From the NCBI GenBank assembly GCA_963663165.1, contig OY760175.1, positions 1,888,001-1,952,000 on the forward strand: a stretch of 64,000 bases of DNA, written 5' to 3'. The position numbers and the translations under genes were made by a program. The stretch is from an uncultured Desulfospira sp. GTDB lineage: Bacteria; Desulfobacterota; Desulfobacteria; Desulfobacterales; Desulfobacteraceae. Numbering within the stretch: position 1 is the stretch's first letter; the number at the start of each line of letters is the position of its first letter. This document shows positions 20,096-30,223 of this stretch, one piece after another. The notes beneath the pieces were generated by a model that ran no database searches, was not told the DNA's origin, and saw nothing but the letters and a program-made list of their open reading frames with translations.

Positions 20096-21462
20096 ATCTC
20101 CTGCCCTGTTATTGGGTGGGGAGGCAGGAGTTTCACGATTATTTGCGAGATAAACAAGGGAACTTCTGCCTCAAACCTGACATATCTTGCAAATTATCTT
20201 CAATTTTTCCATGATTTTCTGTGACCATTCTCAATTAATTTGACGACAGGATTTTCTCCTTTCCATGTCATTGTTCGACATAGACCGAGAACCTTTTCAA
20301 TTTTGTTCAGCAATTCGCCTTTCCAATGATTTTCCAAAACACCCCAAACTCGCTCTATTGGGTTGTATTTACTGTGGTACGGGGGATAGTACACCAAACT
20401 AATATTTACAAATGCTGATTTGGCAAAGTCCACGAGGCGACTAATGAATTGGCTCCTTCGGCTACTATTTTCCGGCCCATTATCAAGATTGATCACCAGT
20501 GTATGTGGGGCGAATCTTGCGTTCAAAGAAGGCCAGAGTGATTCCAGCGCATCAATCATGAAATCAGAGGTGATGTTGCTTTCAGTGAAGTACATATAAT
20601 TTTCATCCAGAGCAGGTATGTTGATACCGAAAAGTTTCAAAAGGGAATCGGGTTTAAAATCATGGTCCGCCGCTTTAAGATTGCAACGACTATATCCGCC
20701 TCGGGAATAAGGCCCTATTTTAATAGTGGCTTTTGCGTCCATTGAGATACGTAAAACGCCATCTGTTTCATCGGCTAGTTGGTTTGTCCTATGCACATAT
20801 TCAAAAATGATGTCTGTTTCAGGAATTTTTTTTTTACCTTGGCTTTGGCGACCTTCTTCAGTTTAAAACCCAATTTATTCATTATGGTGGATAGAGTCCG
20901 TACTGTTGGCATATTCTCAGGGTCATATCCCATGTCGTCAACTAATCGACGGAATACTTCATTCGCAGATATTGGGGAATATAAATTCTGGGTACGGAAT
21001 GTAGGATCAGTCTGACATATAGGGTTTACAATACGAGTTATGTCCTCTTTTAAATTCGGAAAATGTTCTAAACACGATTTCCGGCCTCGTCCGGAAAAAT
21101 TATCAACACAGGTAACTCCGCTTTCTATTTCCCGTCGCCCTTTGATTATTGTTTTCCGATCCCAACCCAGTTCTCTTTCAGCCTTTAGTTGTCCGCCGTG
21201 CCCCATAAGGGAGACAACGCGTGCCATGAATTGGCGCCGTTCATGGCCTTTTAATTTGCTTCGAGTGGTATTCAGAAAATCCTTTAGTGGTGGCGTTAAT
21301 TCCGATATAGTTTTGGGTAAATTGTGCTTAGAATGATCAAACATGGTCCTCCTGTATTTTTTATGTAATCTTCCATGTTGACCATAAACTATCGATTCCA
21401 TGTTGTCTATAGAAATTAGAATTCAGACTATGGAATTGTGGATATTAATTTTTCTGAGGCCC

Positions 21463-21718
21463 TAAATATTGCAGAACCATAAATAGTATTTTCAATCCTC
21501 ATCGAATCGAAAATAAAACAAACTTCCATTTTGTCTGTTTGTGGGGTAAGTACATTCTTCAGTTTTTCATATGGCACACCAATTTCTTTTAGCCTTTCAA
21601 CCATTGGCCTAAAAACACCCTTTATTTCATTTGAAATCTGGTCATTATCAAGTTTCAAATGATTCTTTAGCATATCCCAAATTATCAAGTTGCGTGTATC
21701 GAATGTGTATACTTTCAT
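21463..21718 (-). pseudogene. 5' part of the split hypothetical cassette gene
   Basis: RBS GAGG; ORF runs into the IS end; joins 15020-15870 in frame. Confidence 0.85.
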
Positions 21719-21843
21719 TCAACCTCATATAGTCGAATAGGTGATTTTATTCATATTTATAATAAAAACTTGATTGTTATCCAACAGTTATTCTATTGGA
21801 GAACGCCAATATTTTATATTTCGATTTCTTCGGGTCATTCAAA

Positions 21844-21971
21844 AAAGAACGACAAGCTCAGCCGACCGGGGGTAAATCGCCGAGTACGTTGTAAAAGCAA
21901 AATCCTTTCATAAATCAAGGCCTTTTAAAAGTCGCTAAGCCCCCCGGGTCGGCTGGAGCGGCTTGTTCGAC
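21844..21971 (-). repeat. attC site 7
   Basis: R'' GTCGAAC ... R' GTTCTTT; same subfamily as attC 9 and 10. Confidence 0.9.
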
Positions 21972-23540
21972 GCTTTCCAAAACATCCTTTGTAAGAATAA
22001 TGCGCCGAATACTTCTCTTATCATCAAAGGGGACAATCATATCTCTACCTTGCTCTTCATTTATAAATTTGAGGTCTATATCTGGTTCTTTTGATGTCCC
22101 CATAAGATCAACGTATGTTCCATAATCTAAATTATAAATATTATATCTTACACCTGGATTATCTTTATCTGCGTATCCTCTTTGCATATGATGAATGACT
22201 CTCGCATCAAAAAGTTTTAAAATCATAAAATGTTTTTCAAGATCTCGTGGAAGAAGAAAAGAACGAGAGTTTTTATTTCCAATAACTTCTTCAATTATTT
22301 TTCTTAATGATGTTTGCATCGACTCATCAAGGTGTTGGGCTTTGTCTTGTTCGAACCATTGTCTTGATGATTCAAGAATTGATTTTTTGTCAATAGTTGA
22401 TCGTGACCGTTTTTGTGCATAAAAAAAAGAAATGGTGAAAATATTTATCAAATCTCGAATTACACCTTCGGCTGCTCTGCTTAATTCAAAAAATGTCTTT
22501 TTTTCTGTGAACATTTTTGACATAAAGTGAGAGCCCCCATTTATTTTGTAATTGTCATGAAGATAATTTTCTGGAAGCTCAATTTCCAAATGTCGCAGAA
22601 TGATATCACCATAAAAGTTTGAAATAACTTCAGGATTTCTATCATAGACATATATATCATCAAGATCTTGAGTCATTGATATATCTGCCCCTAACTCAAA
22701 ACCAATGATGTCATGTTCCCCAGTCAATGAAAATAATGATCTTTGTTCAAGAGCTGCAATTTTTAAGGTCGCATTTGTTACAGGAAGAAAGCCTCTTTTC
22801 AAAAATTCGGCGAGATATGGTTGTATATCCCTTGGCAAAGAAGACCACTCATCAAGAAGCACGACCAATTTAAAGCCTGAAAATTTTAGGGCTTCCGTTA
22901 GAAAATGATGAATAGCTGGAAATATAATTTTATCCTCTGTAGTCACAGAGATTTTTTTATTTTGTTGTATTGCCGACTTTGAACTTCCACTGAGATCAAA
23001 ACCACTTCTGAAGGAAGCTTTTGATAAATCAGAGAAAACGTTAACTCCAACATTGCCTTCTGATTCTTCTGACTTTGAGATTTCAAACTCTTTAGTCTCA
23101 AATACTTGAAATGGTTCAGTTATTGCCTTCATCAGTTCGTCAATTGCTTCAAGAGCTTTTTCACCGTCTTCGGGATAATATTCAATAATATCTTCCAGCA
23201 AGCGATTATAAATAGGCGACAAAATGTCACGAAACAAAGCAAGACAGCGACGGTTTATTGGCTGTTCCCTGTCTGTAAATTGAGAAGAACTCCCTAAAGT
23301 TCTGCAATCTATATAAATAACGCAATAATTTTCTTGTTCAAAATTGTTACGTAATACTTGAAATACGTGTGTTTTACCCGTTCCCCTTCTTCCGTATAAG
23401 ACTTGATGATTCTCATTATGTAATTGTGGAACAATTCCGGAATCAACATAAGATTCCAATAATTTTTGAAAATCAGATTGTCTTTCAGCACGCTGTCTAA
23501 TTCTTGAAACCGCTTTTGCAATTTCTCTATCTTGAATCAT
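21915..23540 (-). CDS. Large P-loop NTPase (ORC/CDC6- or STAND-like), cassette
   Basis: Walker A GRRGTGKT, Walker B VVLLDEW; likely start MIQDRE; reads into attC 7. Confidence 0.8.
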   Translation of the reverse strand: MIQDREIAKAVSRIRQRAERQSDFQKLLESYVDSGIVPQLHNENHQVLYGRRGTGKTHVFQVLRNNFEQENYCVIYIDCRTLGSSSQFTDREQPINRRCLALFRDILSPIYNRLLEDIIEYYPEDGEKALEAIDELMKAITEPFQVFETKEFEISKSEESEGNVGVNVFSDLSKASFRSGFDLSGSSKSAIQQNKKISVTTEDKIIFPAIHHFLTEALKFSGFKLVVLLDEWSSLPRDIQPYLAEFLKRGFLPVTNATLKIAALEQRSLFSLTGEHDIIGFELGADISMTQDLDDIYVYDRNPEVISNFYGDIILRHLEIELPENYLHDNYKINGGSHFMSKMFTEKKTFFELSRAAEGVIRDLINIFTISFFYAQKRSRSTIDKKSILESSRQWFEQDKAQHLDESMQTSLRKIIEEVIGNKNSRSFLLPRDLEKHFMILKLFDARVIHHMQRGYADKDNPGVRYNIYNLDYGTYVDLMGTSKEPDIDLKFINEEQGRDMIVPFDDKRSIRRIILTKDVLESVEQAAPADPGGLATFKRP

Positions 23541-23553
23541 ATTTTCCTTTGTT

Positions 23554-23685
23554 GTCGAACGGGGAGCTAACCGGCCGGGCGTTAACACCACAAAAGCTCC
23601 GGTAAAAGTTTAAAATTTCATTGACCAAGCACCTTCAAAAAAACCGCGCAGATAAGCCCGGTCGGGTTCAGCGGCTTTGTTATGC
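23554..23685 (-). repeat. attC site 8
   Basis: R'' GCATAAC ... R' GTTCGAC. Confidence 0.9.
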
Positions 23686-23688
23686 TGT

Positions 23689-24072
23689 TTATTTAAATTG
23701 GTTGTCGTAGTTTTCACTATGATGAGGAAACGCCTCCTCATAAAAAGGGTATGGAATGCCAAAAACATCGATTTCAAACCCCTCTGCATCAAACCCTCTG
23801 ACACAGACCCCTAAACCTTTTATTATATTACCATCTTCACTTTCAACTGAGATTTTTTCTATGTTTTGAGTATCTAAGAACCTGTGTTCTTTGTCATCTG
23901 TGTTAATGGGAGTGCCGCTTCTTTGGCAATAGGTTCTAAAGAACTCATATCCAGATTCGATTTCCTTGAAATGAATATCTCCCATCACTACACCCATTGG
24001 AGCGTCAGCCCTTTCAAAATAGGTGTATCCGATAACCTTTCCTTCTAGCTTGATGATATATTTTTTTTGCAT
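23689..24072 (-). CDS. Hypothetical protein (cassette, ~127 aa)
   Basis: ATG lies inside the R' box GTTATGC; ends YEEAFPHHSENYDNQFK. Confidence 0.7.
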   Translation of the reverse strand: MQKKYIIKLEGKVIGYTYFERADAPMGVVMGDIHFKEIESGYEFFRTYCQRSGTPINTDDKEHRFLDTQNIEKISVESEDGNIIKGLGVCVRGFDAEGFEIDVFGIPYPFYEEAFPHHSENYDNQFK

Positions 24073-24197
24073 AACGATAAGCTCAGCCGACCGGGGGTGA
24101 GTTGCCGAGCGCGTTGTAAAAGTCAAATCCTTTCATTAATCAAGGACTTTCGAAAAGTCGCTAAGCCCCCCGGGTCGGCTGGAGCGGCTTGTTCTTT
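24069..24197 (-). repeat. attC site 9
   Basis: R'' AAAGAAC ... R' GTTATGC. Confidence 0.9.
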
Positions 24198-24420
24198 TCC
24201 ATTACGTTGGGGAACATAGGAGCCTTGCCCCTTTTTCTCCGACATTGCCCAATGAGGTCTTAGGGATGTGGTAAAATTAAAACCCACAATTCATTCCTCA
24301 TAGCATGGAATATCAACAGCCCATTTTTCAATCCCTGGAATCCGAATAATTTTGTTTTCTATATTATTCACAGCGGACTTGACCAAACGTACCCCTGTCG
24401 GGTAAACACCTTTGATTAAT

Positions 24421-26266
24421 CCCAAAATAAGTGTGAAATAAGTAATAAAAATGAGAAAAAAGTCTCGAAACGCCTATCAATAAAGAGTATAATGAGTTTG
24501 GCAAAACGAACTATACCAAATTGAAAGGGCGTTTCGAGTGAATAAGAATATCATCAAAAAATTGGCAAAACGCAAGAAAAAAATAAGCAAAAAACTGAAC
24601 AAAAGAGATTGGACTGAGCAGCCAACTCCCATGCTAAAGGCATCCAATATCCAGTATGAGATCGACGGTCGCCTTCAGGGAATATCACATGGAGGCATTG
24701 GCCTGATCCATATGTTGGCCAAAAAGACCGGCCTTTTGAAAGAAATCGATAAAGAACTTGAGCTGCTCAAGCGCCATTTGCCATATCATGAATCTGATCA
24801 TGTCGCCAATATGGCATACAATATTCTTGCAGGCGGAACCTGTCTTCAGGACATTGAATTGCAAAGAAACAATGATGCTTGGCTTAATGCTCTGGACGCA
24901 AAAATGATCCCTGATCCGACAACGGCAGGGGATTTTTTGCGCCGGTTTTCCCAGGAAAATATCATTACCCTGATGGATGTGAAAAATACCATACGGAAAA
25001 AAATATGGGAAAAGCAGCCTCAAAATTTCAAAGAATCAGCCATCATCAATATTGACGGAACTATCAGTGAGACAAGCGGCAAGTGCAAACAGGGTATGGA
25101 CATCTCCTACAATGGTAAGTGGGGGTATGCCCCGCTGGTTGTTTCACTGGAGAGAACAAGGGAACCTCTTTATGTCATCAACCGCTCGGGCAATGCCCCG
25201 TCCCACCTTGACTCTGCCCGGTGGGTGGATAAGGCTCTTGATCTGACGGAAGGCACTTTTAAAAAATTATACGTTCGGGGAGATACGGATTTCAGCCTTA
25301 CCACGCACTTTGACAAATGGGATCAACGTTGTTCCTTTATTTTTGGCATGGATGCCAGATCAAATCTAACAAAACGTGCAAATGCTCTTCCTGAAACCGA
25401 CTGGGTCAGGCTTGAAAAACTGTCTGCGAAAATTAAAACTCAGCCCCGGAAACGTCCTGAGAATATCAAACTTCAAGTGGTGAAAAAGCGCAAATTCAAA
25501 CGCATAGAGACTGCGTATGAACATATAGCCGAGTTTGAATACAAACCGGGAAAATGTCAAAAACCATACAGAATGATCGTTTTGCGTAAAACAATAAACG
25601 AGTTCAAGGGAGAATTACTACTGTTCGATGATATCCGCTACTTTTTTTATATTACCAATGATTGGAAAAAACCGGCCAAACAACTGGTAGCCTTTTACCG
25701 GAAACGGGCTGACCACGAAAATGATATTGAACAGTTGAAACATGGCGTACGTGCTATGGATAATCCTTCAGACTCTTTGAATGCCAACTGGGCCTATATG
25801 GTTATTACCTCCATGGCATGGGATCTGAAAGCCTGGTATGGGCTGCTGATGCCATATCGTGCATTAGGGCTTTCCATCATCCGCATGGAATTCAAGCGTT
25901 TTATCCAGACATTTATAAACATCCCCTGTTTAATTTTGAAATCTGGCAGGGCTATAAAATATCGAATTATTGGCTATAACAACCGGCTCCAAAGCATGTT
26001 CAAATATTTTGATTTTATAAGGACCGTCCGGGTTACATGATGCCATTGCTCTCCGGATAGTTATTGCAAACGGGTTGCAATGGCGAGTCCAAACCCTGCA
26101 GTCTCAAAAAAGGAATGACAAAAACATGAAACACAAGACAACTGGCAATACTCAAAAAAACTGGGGACTCGTGTTTCTACTGGATGGCAAGTTGGTGGCC
26201 AAAATAATACCTCAAACGGCGGGTTGCTCATGAGTATATCTTTTTTGAAAACGCGCTTGTTTTGGG
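24421..26266 (+). mobile_element. IS1380-family element, copy 2 (1846 bp)
   Basis: Same IRs as copy 1; 6-bp TSD ATTAAT. Confidence 0.93.
24538..26040 (+). CDS. IS1380-family transposase
   Basis: Identical protein to 2021-3523. Confidence 0.92.
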   Translation: MNKNIIKKLAKRKKKISKKLNKRDWTEQPTPMLKASNIQYEIDGRLQGISHGGIGLIHMLAKKTGLLKEIDKELELLKRHLPYHESDHVANMAYNILAGGTCLQDIELQRNNDAWLNALDAKMIPDPTTAGDFLRRFSQENIITLMDVKNTIRKKIWEKQPQNFKESAIINIDGTISETSGKCKQGMDISYNGKWGYAPLVVSLERTREPLYVINRSGNAPSHLDSARWVDKALDLTEGTFKKLYVRGDTDFSLTTHFDKWDQRCSFIFGMDARSNLTKRANALPETDWVRLEKLSAKIKTQPRKRPENIKLQVVKKRKFKRIETAYEHIAEFEYKPGKCQKPYRMIVLRKTINEFKGELLLFDDIRYFFYITNDWKKPAKQLVAFYRKRADHENDIEQLKHGVRAMDNPSDSLNANWAYMVITSMAWDLKAWYGLLMPYRALGLSIIRMEFKRFIQTFINIPCLILKSGRAIKYRIIGYNNRLQSMFKYFDFIRTVRVT

Positions 26267-27579
26267 ATTAATTTGACGACAGGATTTTCTCCTTTCCATG
26301 TCATTGTTCGACATAGACCGAGAACCTTTTCAATTTTGTTCAGCAATTCGCCTTTCCAATGATTTTCCAAAACACCCCAAACTCGCTCTATTGGGTTGTA
26401 TTTACTGTGGTACGGGGGATAGTACACCAAACTAATATTTACAAATGCTGATTTGGCAAAGTCCACGAGGCGACTAATGAATTGGCTCCTTCGGCTACTA
26501 TTTTCCGGCCCATTATCAAGATTGATCACCAGTGTATGTGGGGCGAATCTTGCGTTCAAAGAAGGCCAGAGTGATTCCAGCGCATCAATCATGAAATCAG
26601 AGGTGATGTTGCTTTCAGTGAAGTACATATAATTTTCATCCAGAGCAGGTATGTTGATACCGAAAAGTTTCAAAAGGGAATCGGGTTTAAAATCATGGTC
26701 CGCCGCTTTAAGATTGCAACGACTATATCCGCCTCGGGAATAAGGCCCTATTTTAATAGTGGCTTTTGCGTCCATTGAGATACGTAAAACGCCATCTGTT
26801 TCATCGGCTAGTTGGTTTGTCCTATGCACATATTCAAAAATGATGTCTGTTTCAGGAATTTTTTTTTACCTTGGCTTTGGCGACCTTCTTCAGTTTAAAA
26901 CCCAATTTATTCATTATGGTGGATAGAGTCCGTACTGTTGGCATATTCTCAGGGTCATATCCCATGTCGTCAACTAATCGACGGAATACTTCATTCGCAG
27001 ATATTGGGGAATATAAATTCTGGGTACGGAATGTAGGATCAGTCTGACATATAGGGTTTACAATACGAGTTATGTCCTCTTTTAAATTCGGAAAATGTTC
27101 TAAACACGATTTCCGGCCTCGTCCGGAAAAATTATCAACACAGGTAACTCCGCTTTCTATTTCCCGTCGCCCTTTGATTATTGTTTTCCGATCCCAACCC
27201 AGTTCTCTTTCAGCCTTTAGTTGTCCGCCGTGCCCCATAAGGGAGACAACGCGTGCCATGAATTGGCGCCGTTCATGGCCTTTTAATTTGCTTCGAGTGG
27301 TATTCAGAAAATCCTTTAGTGGTGGCGTTAATTCCGATATAGTTTTGGGTAAATTGTGCTTAGAATGATCAAACATGGTCCTCCTGTATTTTTATGTAAT
27401 CTTCCATGTTGACCATAAACTATCGATTCCATGTTGTCTATAGAAATCAGAATTCAGACTATGGAATTGTGGATATTAATTTTTCTGAGGCCCTTATCGT
27501 TTAATTTGACATCAATAAAAGCTAATGAGCAATTATAATATTGGGTATTTAAAAGTATATCCATGTGTTTTGTTTATTC

Positions 27580-27707
27580 AGCGAACGACAAGCTCAGCCG
27601 ACCGGGGGCAAATTGCCGAGCGTGTTGTAAAAGCTAAATCCTTTCATAAACCAAGGTCTTTCAAAAGTCGCTAGGCCCCCCGGGTCGGCTGGAGCGGCTT
27701 GTTAGGT
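27580..27707 (-). repeat. attC site 10
   Basis: R'' ACCTAAC ... R' GTTCGCT. Confidence 0.9.
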
Positions 27708-27909
27708 TTTTGTAAACGATGTTTCCTCCAATTCCTCCTATTACAACGGATACACATAATACGAATAGGAACACTAAGTAGATAATACTGATATCTTCAT
27801 CACTATGAATATATCGTTCCCCGTACCAATTAGCGAAAAAAATCAGGAAAAAATATGCAACAATTCCAAAAACAGCAGAACCACTCAGCATAAAAATCAA
27901 TCTTTTCAT
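27661..27909 (-). CDS. Small 2-TM membrane protein, candidate partner/immunity protein of the Tae4-like amidase
   Basis: Start MKRLIF overlaps the amidase stop; two hydrophobic helices. Confidence 0.65.
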   Translation of the reverse strand: MKRLIFMLSGSAVFGIVAYFFLIFFANWYGERYIHSDEDISIIYLVFLFVLCVSVVIGGIGGNIVYKNLTSRSSRPGGPSDF

Positions 27910-28143
27910 AGCAGCTTCCAAAACCAAACTTGTTCAGATTTTCTATAGTCAGACCACACACCTTCCCATGAAAGAAATAGATGAATACGCACCCACGATT
28001 TCCAGTCAGTTAACCGACTTCCATTCCACAAGTCGATATGGTCTCCCTGATGCCCTGGCCCCCAATAATTCTGAAAAAATATAATACCTCTCCTGCCATT
28101 TATTTCCTCAAACACCTCATTTCCGCTGAATTTTTCTACTTTA

Positions 28144-29524
28144 GGGATGTGGTAAAATTAAAACCCACAATTCATTCCTCATAGCATGGAATATCAACAG
28201 CCCATTTTTCAATCCCTGGAATCCGAATAATTTTGTTTTCTATATTATTCACGGCGGACTTGACCAAACGTACCCCTGTCGGGTAAACACCTTTGATTAA
28301 TTTGACGACAGGATTTTCTCCTTTCCATGTCATTGTTCGACATAGACCGAGAACCTTTTCAATTTTGTTCAGCAATTCGCCTTTCCAATGATTTTCCAAA
28401 ACACCCCAAACTCGCTCTATTGGGTTGTATTTACTGTGGTACGGGGGATAGTACACCAAACTAATATTTACAAATGCTGATTTGGCAAAGTCCACGAGGC
28501 GACTAATGAATTGGCTCCTTCGGCTACTATTTTCCGGCCCATTATCAAGATTGATCACCAGTGTATGTGGGGCGAATCTTGCGTTCAAAGAAGGCCAGAG
28601 TGATTCCAGCGCATCAATCATGAAATCAGAGGTGATGTTGCTTTCAGTGAAGTACATATAATTTTCATCCAGAGCAGGTATGTTGATACCGAAAAGTTTC
28701 AAAAGGGAATCGGGTTTAAAATCATGGTCCGCCGCTTTAAGATTGCAACGACTATATCCGCCTCGGGAATAAGGCCCTATTTTAATAGTGGCTTTTGCGT
28801 CCATTGAGATACGTAAAACGCCATCTGTTTCATCGGCTAGTTGGTTTGTCCTATGCACATATTCAAAAATGATGTCTGTTTCAGGAATTTTTTTTTTACC
28901 TTGGCTTTGGCGACCTTCTTCAGTTTAAAACCCAATTTATTCATTATGGTGGATAGAGTCCGTACTGTTGGCATATTCTCAGGGTCATATCCCATGTCGT
29001 CAACTAATCGACGGAATACTTCATTCGCAGATATTGGGGAATATAAATTCTGGGTACGGAATGTAGGATCAGTCTGACATATAGGGTTTACAATACGAGT
29101 TATGTCCTCTTTTAAATTCGGAAAATGTTCTAAACACGATTTCCGGCCTCGTCCGGAAAAATTATCAACACAGGTAACTCCGCTTTCTATTTCCCGTCGC
29201 CCTTTGATTATTGTTTTCCGATCCCAACCCAGTTCTCTTTCAGCCTTTAGTTGTCCGCCGTGCCCCATAAGGGAGACAACGCGTGCCATGAATTGGCGCC
29301 GTTCATGGCCTTTTAATTTGCTTCGAGTGGTATTCAGAAAATCCTTTAGTGGTGGCGTTAATTCCGATATAGTTTTGGGTAAATTGTGCTTAGAATGATC
29401 AAACATGGTCCTCCTGTATTTTTTATGTAATCTTCCATGTTGACCATAAACTATCGATTCCATGTTGTCTATAGAAATCAGAATTCAGACTATGGAATTG
29501 TGGATATTAATTTTTCTGAGGCCC
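28144..29524 (-). mobile_element. ISAzo13-family element, copy D (uninterrupted, 1381 bp)
   Basis: Both IRs and TTA TSD present; two overlapping ORFs (28837-29406 and 28172-28858) joined at an A10 tract. Confidence 0.92.
28172..29406 (-). CDS. ISAzo13-family transposase (probable -1 frameshift at A10)
   Basis: Slippage gives ...AKVKKKIPETDIIF...; DDE motifs are in the downstream frame. Confidence 0.8.
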
Positions 29525-29795
29525 TTAGCTCCCGTAAGTGTGCCTGGACGAGCAAGCCAGTTCGCAAGTTCCTGCGCACGGATCGCATACTTTGGTTTGT
29601 TTTTCTGCCAAGATACCACTCCGTGAAATGTAGTGACATCCAATCCAGACCGTTGGAGTGCAGCATAAAGGTTAATGGCGCATTGGTTAGGATAGGCGTT
29701 GTGATCCAGTAAAGGGGCATCACCTTTTATTGTTGGATGATTTTCCCAAAGCTGAAAAAATGATTGCATTTAAAACTCCTTATCAATCTTGAATA

Positions 29796-29922
29796 CCCTA
29801 ACGGGGAGCTCAGCCGACCGGGGCATATAACCGAGCAGGTTGTCGAAGCCAAGTTCTTTCGAAAACCAAGAGTTTTCGAAAAGCCGCTAGCCCCCCGGGT
29901 CGGCTGCAGCGTTTTGTTATCA
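29796..29922 (-). repeat. attC site 11
   Basis: R'' TGATAAC ... R' GTTAGGG. Confidence 0.9.
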
Positions 29923-29932
29923 TAATTTTTGA

Positions 29933-30223
29933 TCAAGCATGAAGGGCTTCAAGTACCGCTTTAGGGTTTTTGGAGGCGATACGTAACAAGGCTTTTGCAG
30001 GGCCTTCTGGTTTCCTCCTCCCTTGTTCCCAATTTTGAAGAGTTCTTACGCTTACTCCTATCATCATGGCAAATTCAGACTGTGAAACGCTTAAAGTCTT
30101 CCGAACCATTTTAATTTCAGGAGCTTCAATCTCAAAAACTCGGCTTGGTTTCTTTTTTCCGGTTTTTATATCGCCAGCTTCTTTTATGCTTGAAAGCAAC
30201 ATATCAAAAGCTTCTTTTTTCAT
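29933..30223 (-). CDS. higA: HigA-like XRE HTH antitoxin (cassette)
   Basis: SQSEFAMMIGVSVRTLQNWEQGRRKPEGPA. Confidence 0.88.
   Translation of the reverse strand: MKKEAFDMLLSSIKEAGDIKTGKKKPSRVFEIEAPEIKMVRKTLSVSQSEFAMMIGVSVRTLQNWEQGRRKPEGPAKALLRIASKNPKAVLEALHA

Larger units (their letters stand above)
16028..20233 (-). mobile_element. 4206-bp TG...CA transposon (Zn-ribbon/HTH, DDE transposase, ExeA-like ATPase, small ORF, RepB'-like primase)
   Basis: Imperfect IRs TGAGAGCAATCACGATAATTCATGGACAA / TGAGAATGGTCACAGAAAATCATGGAAAA; 5-bp TSD ATTAA (16023-16027, 20234-20238). Confidence 0.92.
15871..21462 (-). mobile_element. ISAzo13-family element, copy B, interrupted by the 16028-20233 transposon
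   Basis: Same IRs as the other copies; TAA TSD on both sides. Confidence 0.9.
24263..27493 (-). mobile_element. ISAzo13-family element, copy C, interrupted by IS1380
   Basis: Same IRs; TTA TSD on both sides. Confidence 0.9.
27906..29769 (-). pseudogene. Tae4-like peptidoglycan amidase split by ISAzo13 copy D
   Basis: 5' part has NQCAINL (catalytic Cys); 3' part has GIIFF...GDHIDLWNG...VWFW. Removing the IS restores the frame: ...TLTGAK-VEKFSGNEVFEE... Confidence 0.8.
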
